Below, one piece after another: positions 20,792-30,360 of a stretch of 64,000 bases of DNA. Source of the DNA: Promethearchaeota archaeon. GTDB taxonomy: Archaea; Asgardarchaeota; Lokiarchaeia; Sigyniarchaeales; SOKP01. How positions within the stretch are numbered: position 1 is the stretch's first letter; each line of letters opens with the position of its first letter. The stretch lies in NCBI GenBank assembly GCA_048940925.1, contig JBHLOC010000004.1, positions 64,001 through 128,000 of the forward strand. The letters run 5' to 3'. Position numbers and translations under genes: made by a program. The notes below the pieces were generated by a model. It was not told the origin of the DNA and did no database searches. It saw nothing but the letters and a program-made list of their open reading frames with translations.

Positions 20792-21199
20792 CCTATTTAT
20801 TATCATCTCTACAACAATATATTAAATTTCTCCTTTTATATCAAATATAGTATTATTGGCAATACTTAAAAGAATATAATAGATTATGAAGAAACTGAAA
20901 GTAATAAAGGCTAGTATTTTAGATATTCTAGCAATTATAAGTTTTAGTAGTTCTTCAAATTTAAATTACATACATCTAAGAAATAAAAAATCGATGATGT
21001 TAAATATTATGCTTATACTTCAAGAATGTAAATGTTGAAAGTGGATCCTTTGCAATATTATTAAAATATTACTTATTCTATACATTTCCCAAAAAGTACT
21101 TTAACATTAGATTGAAAAATAAAATCGTTCTAGGTATCTTATTTTAATGCAAAAGTATAAAGTTAAAAAAAATTAAAATTTAGATGCTAAAGCCCTATT

Positions 21200-22405
21200 T
21201 TATTTATTTTTAGATTCTTTTAAAAAGAATGCTAAAATAAATATGATAAAACTTAGCACTGCTAGTAGAATCAATGATGGAAAATAATCTCCGTTAGGTA
21301 ACGTAAAATCTTGAAATCCAAATATAAATAGAATTCCTCCAATCTGACCAATCATCATCAGCATTCCATTTGAAGAAACCTCAGGGACTGGTTGGGTTAT
21401 TTCGGCAGCATATTCTAATGCAACAGGTCCAGCTGATAAGATTCCAAATCCTACGAGAAAACAAAATAATTCTAACATTAACAAATCTTGTGTGAAAGAC
21501 AAAATAGATAAAGATACTATTATAATAACGATAGAAATTATTAAAAGGAGTTTTCTCTTTTTAAATTTATCTGATAAGGTTGACATTACAATTGCACCGA
21601 CTATTCCTCCTAAAAGCAAAATCCCTCCTAAAATTCCTGCTTCAGATTCATATCCTCTCGGCGCAGCAATCAATTGTATATATGTTGCTATCATATTAAA
21701 GGCACCTAAACCAACAAAAAACAAGATAATTAATATTAAAAAATATTTATTTGCGAATAATTTTTTAATACCAGCCCACATAAATACTTTCTCTGTCGAT
21801 TTAGTTAATGATGGAGGCGTAGGTGGTCTGGATTTCGCAAAAATTACGAATAATAATCCTGATATTAGTGATATAATCCCATAGACTAATAACATGGGTG
21901 TTAGATTATCACCTATTACTAAAAATGGAGTAATTAATTCTCCTAACAAAATTCCTATAAATTGGGCGATTAAACAGAGCCCAGTTGCAGTAGTTCTTTC
22001 AGACTCAGGAAACCAATCAGCAGATAATTTTGTAATACTATTCAAAAGGAAAGGTTGCCCAATTGCTATCATAATTACAAAAATCAACAATAAGGAATAG
22101 TCTTTACCTGCAATAAATCTTAAAAAGCCAAAAATACCTCCTAATAACGCACCAATTCCTGCACCCCATCGAAAACCTATCTTTTCGACTAACCAAGATG
22201 ATACAAAGGTTACAGGAATATATACAATCATGAAGATCATTGACAATAACAAGATTAGAAATTCTTCAACACCATAAAATACTGATGCTTCTAAAGTAAC
22301 CGCAGCATAACTTATCCATAACATTTGCATGGTTATATTAGTAAACATAAATAATAATAATACAACCCAGCGAAAACTGTAAATTTGAATATTTTCTTCA
22401 CTCAT
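21200..22405 (-). CDS. MFS transporter, FLVCR/SLC49-like
   Basis: Y..RW..L...N...Q..WISY start, GQPFLLN...K....WFPESERTTATG, EYAAEITQPVPE; about 12 TM. Confidence 0.85.
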   Translation of the reverse strand: MSEENIQIYSFRWVVLLLFMFTNITMQMLWISYAAVTLEASVFYGVEEFLILLLSMIFMIVYIPVTFVSSWLVEKIGFRWGAGIGALLGGIFGFLRFIAGKDYSLLLIFVIMIAIGQPFLLNSITKLSADWFPESERTTATGLCLIAQFIGILLGELITPFLVIGDNLTPMLLVYGIISLISGLLFVIFAKSRPPTPPSLTKSTEKVFMWAGIKKLFANKYFLILIILFFVGLGAFNMIATYIQLIAAPRGYESEAGILGGILLLGGIVGAIVMSTLSDKFKKRKLLLIISIVIIIVSLSILSFTQDLLMLELFCFLVGFGILSAGPVALEYAAEITQPVPEVSSNGMLMMIGQIGGILFIFGFQDFTLPNGDYFPSLILLAVLSFIIFILAFFLKESKNK

Positions 22406-22573
22406 AAAACTAACACTTTTATTTTTTTGATAATAAATTTTTAATTAATTAAATCAATTTAGACTTAAATAAATTTAAATCTATAATTTTTAATTTACAA
22501 ATTTTACGATTGTTTTGTTAATTTTTTCTTATGATTTGAAATTCAAATTTAAAAAGAAAGTAGGTGATTATGC

Positions 22574-23596
22574 ATAGTAAAAACCTTTACTGTTGGTGTA
22601 ATTGGGGCTGGTAGAATTGGAAAAATCCATATTGAAAATCTATTACGGCAAATATATAATGTGAATTTAAAGATTGTAGCTGATATTAAACTAAGTAATG
22701 AAATCAAACAATGGGCGGGTGAAATTGGTGTCCAGCAACTTACTTCGGATGCAGATAAAATTTTTAATGATCCAGAAATTGAAGTAGTATTGATTTGCTC
22801 TTCAACAGATACACATGTGAAATTTATTAAAAAAGCTGCTGAGGCTGGAAAACATGTCTTTTGTGAGAAACCAATTGATACAGACATAAGACGAATTAAA
22901 CAGACACTCTCAATTGTTGATGAAGCGGGAATAAAACTGATGGTTGGATTTAACCGACGTTTCGATCGTAATTTTATAAGATGTCATGAATCAGTTGTCT
23001 CTGGTCAAATAGGTGAACCTTACATTGTTAAAATTACTTCTCGAGATCCTGTTCCGCCCCCAATTGAATATATAGAAACTTCAGGTGGATTGTTTATGGA
23101 TATGACGATTCATGACTGGGATATGGCCCGATTTCAAATAGGGAGTGAGGTTGAAGAAGTCTATGCAACTGGAGGAGTACTTATTGATCCCAAAATTGGA
23201 AAGGCAGGTGATATAGATACTGCAGTCGCAATTTTAAAATTTAAAAATGGCGCTATGGGAATAATTGATAATACTCGTCAAGCAGTTTATGGTTACGATC
23301 AAAGAGTTGAGGTGTTTGGGTCCAAGGGATGTGTAGTAGCAGATAATGAAGCGACTAATACCGTTCGAATTTATACTGCAGAATGTACCAATATAGACAA
23401 GATACCCTACTTTTTCTTAGAACGATATATGGAATCTTATGCAACTGAAATAAAGAATTTCTTTGAATGTTTGAGTAATAATATACAACCTACACCAAAC
23501 GGTGAAGATGGTTTACAAAATGTTCTTATAGCTGAAGCGGCTCTAATATCATATGAAGAGAATCGCCCTGTAAGAATTTCTGAAGTAGATATTTAA
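22574..23596 (+). CDS. iolG: inositol 2-dehydrogenase (Gfo/Idh/MocA)
   Basis: VGVIGAGRIGKIH lies in frame upstream of the listed GTG 22661; CEKP, GFNRRFD, SRDP, DMTIHD, YGYDQRVEVFG. Confidence 0.9.
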   Translation: MVKTFTVGVIGAGRIGKIHIENLLRQIYNVNLKIVADIKLSNEIKQWAGEIGVQQLTSDADKIFNDPEIEVVLICSSTDTHVKFIKKAAEAGKHVFCEKPIDTDIRRIKQTLSIVDEAGIKLMVGFNRRFDRNFIRCHESVVSGQIGEPYIVKITSRDPVPPPIEYIETSGGLFMDMTIHDWDMARFQIGSEVEEVYATGGVLIDPKIGKAGDIDTAVAILKFKNGAMGIIDNTRQAVYGYDQRVEVFGSKGCVVADNEATNTVRIYTAECTNIDKIPYFFLERYMESYATEIKNFFECLSNNIQPTPNGEDGLQNVLIAEAALISYEENRPVRISEVDI

Positions 23597-23622
23597 GAAA
23601 CAAAAATTCATTAGCGAGATGA

Positions 23623-24171
23623 TTGCTTATACCATATGATTTATCTTCTTTTAAAGTACTGATCAAAAAGCTTTTCCCACCTAAAAAGTGTGTATTTACA
23701 GTTGACACATCTGGTGATGGAAAAGCGGATTCTATACAAATAAAGATGATTAATTTATTAGTTCCTTTTGTAGTCCCTGAAAACATTGAAATTGGAGAAA
23801 TTGATTTAAAAAATTTTGATATCGATAATTTTAATTTATCTAACTACGTTAATTTATTTTTAGATGACATCAAGATTGAAATTTCTAAAGATGCTATAAA
23901 TTTAGATACGATCAAAGATCAAATCACAATTCATCATAAGGGAGAATCATTTAAATTGGATGAAATTATTGAGGGTAAATTCAGTGGGAGAACTATCGCA
24001 TTAGGAGATAGTATTAGTGTTTTAATAAAATTAGATGATGAAAATCTTAATTTATTATCTAAAGGTGAACATTCTTTCAAGATTGAAAGTGATTTAATAT
24101 CTAATCTTATTATTAATTTTGAGTTGGATAAATCCAACATGAATATAAAGTTTGATCCCAAAAACACATAG
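23623..24171 (+). CDS. hypothetical acidic beta-rich protein
   Basis: 182-aa ORF; DTSGDGKAD resembles a DxDxDG loop. Confidence 0.65.
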   Translation: MLIPYDLSSFKVLIKKLFPPKKCVFTVDTSGDGKADSIQIKMINLLVPFVVPENIEIGEIDLKNFDIDNFNLSNYVNLFLDDIKIEISKDAINLDTIKDQITIHHKGESFKLDEIIEGKFSGRTIALGDSISVLIKLDDENLNLLSKGEHSFKIESDLISNLIINFELDKSNMNIKFDPKNT

Positions 24172-24277
24172 TTTCTAAATTTTCTCCATATCAGCTTTTT
24201 ACTTATCGTTTCAGTCTCTCCATATTTATAAAGGGGTTTTTATTTGTATTTTCTGAATATTAGAAGAAGGTGTCATT

Positions 24278-24868
24278 ATGGAATCTACTAAACTCACTCA
24301 AAACGCGGATACAACTTCTTTAGATGATTCTACTCAAATTCAGTTTATTTGTCCAGTTTGTAAAGCTAAGAAAATACTTCTTTTTCCAAAGTCAGTTATT
24401 ACTCAAGCAAAAGGTTTAACTACAATGTCAATAGCGAAAGGTTTGGTTTGTAAGCATCATTTTCAAGCTTTTGTCGATAAAAATTGCGCAGTTCGTGGCT
24501 ATCAACGAGTAGATTTCGAATTTGAGAATGATTCAGTAAGAAAAAACAAACTAAACTCCGAAAATTTCAAAAATAATGAGAAAGATCTATTTGAGAATTT
24601 AATTTTAGAGGGAAATTATCTGGAATATAGACCTCAACGAGATAATTCTTATAATATTAATCGTCAAAATAATTACATATTAGATAATAAATCCAAACAA
24701 GAAAATCAACATCAAAATAAAGAATATGATCCAAAAAATAAGAAAATGACCCTTCAAGACATATATAATGAGTTTTGGGAGTTTATCGATGATGACAACG
24801 AAATTTTTCGCGATTTTATAATAAGAGATCAAAGAAGAATGGAAAAGAGAAATAATTTAGAGCTCTAA
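24278..24868 (+). CDS. Zn-binding hypothetical protein
   Basis: CPVC...CKHHFQAFVDKN..VRGYQ; AGGTG SD. Confidence 0.75.
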   Translation: MESTKLTQNADTTSLDDSTQIQFICPVCKAKKILLFPKSVITQAKGLTTMSIAKGLVCKHHFQAFVDKNCAVRGYQRVDFEFENDSVRKNKLNSENFKNNEKDLFENLILEGNYLEYRPQRDNSYNINRQNNYILDNKSKQENQHQNKEYDPKNKKMTLQDIYNEFWEFIDDDNEIFRDFIIRDQRRMEKRNNLEL

Positions 24869-24897
24869 TCATTGTTAAATATAAAAAAAAGTAGTTT

Positions 24898-27800
24898 TTA
24901 TTTTAAATTCTTATAGCGCTTCATAAACAGAATTATTGAAACTACAAAAACGCTTATTAAGATATAAAAGTTATACCCTGGAATACCTTCTGGCGCTCCT
25001 TTTGAAGGTTGTCCCACTAATTTTACTAGAATTGTATTTTCTGCTTCAATATTACCTACCAAATCAATAGAATAATACGTGATAAGATAATAAGCAGGTT
25101 CATAGCTAGATAAGTCAAAGGGATCACTATAATCTATCCAAGCAGAATCATTTATTTTATATCTAATTAAAGAAATCCCTGATCCAAATCCATCATCAGC
25201 TTCTATTGTAAAAAGTGTTGATTTATTTACGTTAATTGTTTCGCTATGAGGTATAAAAGATATTAGCGAAATTGGTTTAGTAGTATCCTTAAAAATATTT
25301 CTTTCTGCATATCCTTTAAATCCAAGAGAATCATTAGCATAGAATCTTATTGTAACTGGTCCATCTACTTTACCATCCCATTCCTCTTGATTGATTTTTC
25401 CTGTTAATCCATTGAAAGTAATGTTTGTTATACCGTTGTCTAATGTATACCATGTCTTGTTTAGATTCAATTCTGTAATTGACAGATTAAAAGTAGGTGG
25501 TACGCTCCCAAAAAATTCACTGATTTCTGGTGAAATAATAGTAATTATAGGGATACTAGTGTCTTTATTAACTATAACCTCTGAAGAATTTTCTTTCCCA
25601 TATGTATTATTTGCGTAAAATTCAATAGTAACAGGTCCATCTGTCCTTTTACTCCACTCTGTTTGGTTGATTGGTCCTGCTAACTCTTTAAATGTAATAT
25701 TTGTGATGCCATTATCTAGTGTATACCATGTTGTATTAATGTATAACCCCTCTATAGATAAGTCAAAATTAGGAGGTGCATTACTGAATAAAGCATTATC
25801 ATAGGGGAGATTAATAGATATCTTAGGAGGATTAATATCAACTGTGAAATATGTTATGATTGAATCATGTATATTTCCTATTGAATCATTCCCGAAAACT
25901 TGAAGTGAATGGATTCCATCTTGAGGTAACGGAATGGTAACATTTCCTAAAATTGTCTTATTAGCTTGCCCGTCCAATGAATATCCCATCCAATCTAAAG
26001 CAGTTAAATTTTTAAAATTAAGTAATAACCCTTCGATTAAATTATCTCCAATATTATATCTAGGATCCCATGAATAACCAATCGCATCAATATAAGAATA
26101 AGAATTGCTTTCACCGTCGGTTGTACCAAAATAGATAGTATCCATTGCGATTGGATTTCCATATAAACCATATCCCTTTCCACTTATATAAATTCCATCT
26201 AGCCATAAATACCATTTTCCAGCTGTGCAATTCCATTCAATCATTAGATGATACCATTGATTGCTTTTGTAAGTCATTATATTTTGCCAACCTGAGTTAT
26301 TATAATATCGAATCCACCCAGTAGAATCAAAGTAAAGATACACCGCGTCGTTTATAGTTAGATCCGTGTCATAAATAAAACACTTAGTCCTAGTTGTATT
26401 ATCTGCTTTCCTTATATAATATTCAATTGTTCCTGTATCTTTATCAACAAATGTTTGGGTAATTTCCATCTTTAAGGAATCAGAAGTGTCATGAAGTTCA
26501 ATTATTTTATTATGACCATCAAGCTCAGAAATTATTTTAGCCGTTCCCCCTGTTTCTAATACACTCCACCCTGTTGGAAAACTCCCACTTATATCATTTT
26601 CGAAACCATAGGTTGCAGGATAATAACCGTTCATCGGTCCAGTATAAGTCTTATTTTCTGGTGTGACAATATAAATTGAAGGAGTGTATATTTTGATTTC
26701 ATCGATAATCAAGTTCTTTGTCTCATCAAACAATCCACTAAATTCAAATTGATCAATAGTCATATCTTCATCAAGCTTTAACCCAACTGTTCTAGTAGTA
26801 AAATCCATATTTCCTATTTCTGAAATTTTAAAACATTTTTGCTCTATACCTGCGTATCTTAGATTAAAATCTATTTCATTTGAAGAAGTCGTGTTAAATA
26901 TAATTTCTATACTGTCTCCTGTTTTTAAATCAAAATTATAACTATTTGGACTTCTTAAAGTTAAGACCTCTGATTCATTTGTTTGACAATATAATATTCC
27001 TCCTCCTTGGTAATGCTTACTAAGAAAGTGATTTATCGTGGGTTGATTACTGGATGCTTCTGAAGAACTAAACTCTATAGAGTTTGAATGAGTTTTAAGC
27101 AGATAATAATAAAAGGGGCGACTTAGATTTATTGTAGTCCAATCAGTTCCTATAACCACTGAACTTGCTAAAGAATCTACTTCAGATGGTTGATAATCCC
27201 ACGTGATAAATGCTTCGTTAAAATTAGTTGTTGTATAAGAATCTACAATTGAGGGAAAAATACCATCATTTACATAACATCGCAAGTTAGAATTTTGTGT
27301 ATAATTCGCATATAAATAAGGAAATTCCTTCTTAATAAAACTATACTCTTCTCCCTTTGGTTCCAAATAACTATAGACCTTACCTTGTTCTTCACCAAGC
27401 ATCCACCAATTACTATACCAATCATCCCAAAATATACTCATTGGATTGGCATCTTGAGAGCTAAGAGAAAAAGATATTCCAGTATAATCCCAAGAAGATG
27501 TGTATTTATAAACTATTCCATTACCGCCAAGCATCCACCAATCGAATCCATCCCAAAAAATATCTCTTGGATTGAAATTTTGAACACCTATATAATACGA
27601 AACTCCAGTATACATCCAATGATCATAATAATCTGTATATTGATAAACCCTCTTATTTTCACTTCCTAACATCCACCAATGAGTTCCATCCCAACATATA
27701 CTTTCTGGGTTTCCATCTTCGTAAATTTCAAAAGAAATATCATATACCTCCCAGTCGGAAGAAAATCTGGTAATTGCAGGAGTGGGTGAATTATTATATC

Positions 27801-29034
27801 CAATAACATAATACAAACCAACTTCATGAAAAAAAAAATCTATTGGCTCTTCAACAATAGGGGAAAGATTGATTTGTTCTCCTGTAAATTCCCATGAAGA
27901 AGAATATTTATATGCGTCCCAATGATTACTTTGGTAATCATATCCAAGTATCCAACGATATCCATATGTATCCTCCGCATCCCAAGTAAAATCAATTGCT
28001 AAATCAAATAAAGGGTAAAACTCAGATGAAGTTCCTGTATAAACCCAATTAAAATCATACTTATAGACCATAATATTACCAATTCCAGCCATCCACCAAT
28101 TAATCCCATCCCAAAAGATGGTTTGTGCGTAATCATCTTGCGAAGTGAGATCATGAGATATTCCAGTATATGCCCAATTAACATCGAACATATATACATA
28201 TGATGTAGCCTCATCAAGTACCCACCAATAATATCCGTCCCAAAAAATATCTTTTGGGAGTAAACCTATACTTTCAAAGTCAGTAATAAAATCTCCAATA
28301 TAATACCAAGAAGAATCATAAAGATGAGCCCTAAGCTTTTCAGCACCAACCATCCACCAATTAGTTCCATCCCAAAATATACTTGTAGGATAATAATCCT
28401 CAGAACCAACATCATAAGAAATTCCCGTATAACTCCACGAAGCATCATACTTATAAACAATATGATTATTTCCTACCATCCACCAATTAGTTCCGTCCCA
28501 CACTATGCTTCTTGGATATGCATCCTGAGAACTAAGATTGTAACAAATTCCAGTATTAAGCCAAGAAGAAGTATACTTTTGTACTATACAATAGTAACTA
28601 TTCATCACCCACCAGTTAATTCCATCCCAATAAATATCAAAGGGGTAGGTCCAATGAGAGTCTATAAACCAAGATTCTCCTGAATAAGTCCATTCCGATT
28701 CATTAGTCACTCTACACTGGTAAAGTGATCCGTACCACTCATAAGGATCTGCTGAACGTGTATAGGCATCGTCGCTTGGAACATAAGATAAGGTCATTGT
28801 TCTCTTTGGTACACCATAAAGATCCCAAAAATTCGACGTATCGTTAAAATCTTCTTGATATATAAGACTTTTTGAACTCTCACTTAATTTAGATATATCA
28901 TTATTAAGATTTGTAGACGATTCGTTATTGTTATTATCAATGTAAGGGTGTAAATTAATATAGATTGTTGAAGATAAAGTTAAAACAAATGTTATAACTA
29001 TTAAAACAGCAATATCTTTTATTTTGGATTTCAT
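24898..29034 (-). CDS. large cell-surface glycoprotein (Trp-rich propeller repeats, lectin-like and Ig-like domains, IPGY-TM-basic anchor)
   Basis: signal peptide; about 10 WDGxxWW repeats; duplicated TWYTLDNGITNITF Ig-like repeats; many N-x-S/T sequons; C-terminal IPGY plus TM plus KRYKNLK. Confidence 0.88.
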   Translation of the reverse strand: MKSKIKDIAVLIVITFVLTLSSTIYINLHPYIDNNNNESSTNLNNDISKLSESSKSLIYQEDFNDTSNFWDLYGVPKRTMTLSYVPSDDAYTRSADPYEWYGSLYQCRVTNESEWTYSGESWFIDSHWTYPFDIYWDGINWWVMNSYYCIVQKYTSSWLNTGICYNLSSQDAYPRSIVWDGTNWWMVGNNHIVYKYDASWSYTGISYDVGSEDYYPTSIFWDGTNWWMVGAEKLRAHLYDSSWYYIGDFITDFESIGLLPKDIFWDGYYWWVLDEATSYVYMFDVNWAYTGISHDLTSQDDYAQTIFWDGINWWMAGIGNIMVYKYDFNWVYTGTSSEFYPLFDLAIDFTWDAEDTYGYRWILGYDYQSNHWDAYKYSSSWEFTGEQINLSPIVEEPIDFFFHEVGLYYVIGYNNSPTPAITRFSSDWEVYDISFEIYEDGNPESICWDGTHWWMLGSENKRVYQYTDYYDHWMYTGVSYYIGVQNFNPRDIFWDGFDWWMLGGNGIVYKYTSSWDYTGISFSLSSQDANPMSIFWDDWYSNWWMLGEEQGKVYSYLEPKGEEYSFIKKEFPYLYANYTQNSNLRCYVNDGIFPSIVDSYTTTNFNEAFITWDYQPSEVDSLASSVVIGTDWTTINLSRPFYYYLLKTHSNSIEFSSSEASSNQPTINHFLSKHYQGGGILYCQTNESEVLTLRSPNSYNFDLKTGDSIEIIFNTTSSNEIDFNLRYAGIEQKCFKISEIGNMDFTTRTVGLKLDEDMTIDQFEFSGLFDETKNLIIDEIKIYTPSIYIVTPENKTYTGPMNGYYPATYGFENDISGSFPTGWSVLETGGTAKIISELDGHNKIIELHDTSDSLKMEITQTFVDKDTGTIEYYIRKADNTTRTKCFIYDTDLTINDAVYLYFDSTGWIRYYNNSGWQNIMTYKSNQWYHLMIEWNCTAGKWYLWLDGIYISGKGYGLYGNPIAMDTIYFGTTDGESNSYSYIDAIGYSWDPRYNIGDNLIEGLLLNFKNLTALDWMGYSLDGQANKTILGNVTIPLPQDGIHSLQVFGNDSIGNIHDSIITYFTVDINPPKISINLPYDNALFSNAPPNFDLSIEGLYINTTWYTLDNGITNITFKELAGPINQTEWSKRTDGPVTIEFYANNTYGKENSSEVIVNKDTSIPIITIISPEISEFFGSVPPTFNLSITELNLNKTWYTLDNGITNITFNGLTGKINQEEWDGKVDGPVTIRFYANDSLGFKGYAERNIFKDTTKPISLISFIPHSETINVNKSTLFTIEADDGFGSGISLIRYKINDSAWIDYSDPFDLSSYEPAYYLITYYSIDLVGNIEAENTILVKLVGQPSKGAPEGIPGYNFYILISVFVVSIILFMKRYKNLK

Positions 29035-29085
29035 TTAATTTTCGCTTAAAAAATTTATTGGATTAATATTCAAAGTATTCTTAAT

Positions 29086-29137
29086 TATTTAACATCTTTG
29101 TGTAAAATCCATCTTTATTTTCAATACTCTCAATCTT
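29086..29137. repeat. duplicated promoter segment, copy A
   Basis: 46/52 identical to 29709-29760; minus strand carries CAAA-GA-TGTTAAATA (BRE/TATA-like). Confidence 0.8.
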
Positions 29138-29149
29138 AACAATAAAGCT

Positions 29150-29659
29150 TTAATGTTTAATTATTCCAGGAGAACTGTATTTACCTTTTATGAAAAGATT
29201 AAAATGCTTAAGGATATTATCGAAATGAACTCTTGAATCAAAAAGGAAGATTTTTTTTGTTTCTCCGTTCGTAAATTTCAGATTGAACCTCCCGTAATGA
29301 TATCCATCAGGATCAGGAAGTTCATCGATATCTAACTCGGCTTTTTCTACTGTATTTAAATCCCATACGTTTGGGATCCTATTTATTAATCCAAGAAGTC
29401 TCACTTTATGTGTAATTTTTCCACCTTGTCGATCAATGTATAACGCCTTCTTATGAAATGTTGCTATTAATCCAAGTAGAATTGTTATAATTCCAAAAAT
29501 AAAGACTATAATTTCTCCTCCCCATTTCATAACAATAACTACAAATCCCAAGACTTCGAGAAAAATTCCAAAAAGTATAGTGAAGATACCAACATATTTA
29601 GCAGCTGGTTTTTTTAAATCAAGGATTGCTAGATTTTCATTTAGAATTTGTAATCTCAT
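29150..29659 (-). CDS. 2-TM membrane protein with PH-like cytoplasmic domain
   Basis: two TM helices followed by a beta-rich domain; GGTGA SD. Confidence 0.7.
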   Translation of the reverse strand: MRLQILNENLAILDLKKPAAKYVGIFTILFGIFLEVLGFVVIVMKWGGEIIVFIFGIITILLGLIATFHKKALYIDRQGGKITHKVRLLGLINRIPNVWDLNTVEKAELDIDELPDPDGYHYGRFNLKFTNGETKKIFLFDSRVHFDNILKHFNLFIKGKYSSPGIIKH

Positions 29660-29692
29660 TATTTTTCACCCAAAATTTTTTAGATTAAGTAC

Positions 29693-29760
29693 AAAATTGA
29701 CAAATAACTATTTAACAGTTTTGTGTAATATCCTTCTTTATTTTCAATAGTATCAATCTT
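29693..29760. repeat. duplicated promoter segment, copy B
   Basis: matches 29086-29137 (46/52) and 32706-32736 (28/31). Confidence 0.8.
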
Positions 29761-30101
29761 TACACCTACAAAAATAATGCAATCTTGAAAATTTCTACAT
29801 CCTCTGTTATTTTATTACCTTGCATGTGTCAAGTAAAAATAGAAAAAGAATTAAATAAGTTCTACACTATTAAAAGGTCTAATTACTCGCCTGAATAAAG
29901 AGAGTTTTTAAAGAAATTGTGCATCAAACATGTTTATGATATAATTAATGAATCTCTTATTAAAGAAATTGAAAATATGTCGACTTATGATGATAATTAT
30001 ACAGGATTAAGACAAATAAGGAATATCCAATTAACTTTTTATTGGGAAAAAAATAGTAGAGGGTTTAAAACAGAGATGCAAATAAATAAATAAATTAAGT
30101 T

Positions 30102-30264
30102 TGGCAAGGGTGGGATTTGAACCCACGATACCCAGATAACTGAGGTCGGTTTGAATGAAACCTTACACTTCAGTCTGGTGCGTTCGGGGGCATTAATCCG
30201 TAATTAATCCCTTCCCGGGTTTCGCGGACCTTCATAAAGCGAAGAACCACTACGCCACCTTGCC
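30102..30264 (-). tRNA. tRNA-Phe(GAA) with three introns: 15/16 (30220-30249), 22/23 (30183-30211), 37/38 (30138-30167)
   Basis: acceptor GGCAAGG/CCTTGCC-A; splicing gives a 74-nt cloverleaf with D arm GCGT-AGCCCGGGA-ACGC, anticodon arm CCAGA-CTGAAGA-TCTGG, T arm GTGGG-TTCAAAT-CCCAC; each intron has a BHB-like motif. Confidence 0.87.
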
Positions 30265-30322
30265 TATGATGTTTTATCTTAATTCATAATTAAAAATTAA
30301 ATTTAATGCCGAATAAGATAGA

Positions 30323-30359
30323 AATTAAAGTATAGAATCTCATAAAAATATTTTTAGTC
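30323..30359. repeat. 37-bp direct repeat flanking the HAD gene, copy 1
   Basis: 34/37 identical to 31086-31122. Confidence 0.8.
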
Positions 30360-30360
30360 G

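Noticed and set aside
20886-21038. 50-aa ORF MKKLKVIKASILDILAII...
   Set aside because: No motif or SD; at most a decayed signal-peptide remnant.
29917-30093. 58-aa ORF at the 3' end of tRNA-Phe as the edge of an integrated element
   Set aside because: No integrase similarity, and no duplicated tRNA 3' end was noticed elsewhere in the window.
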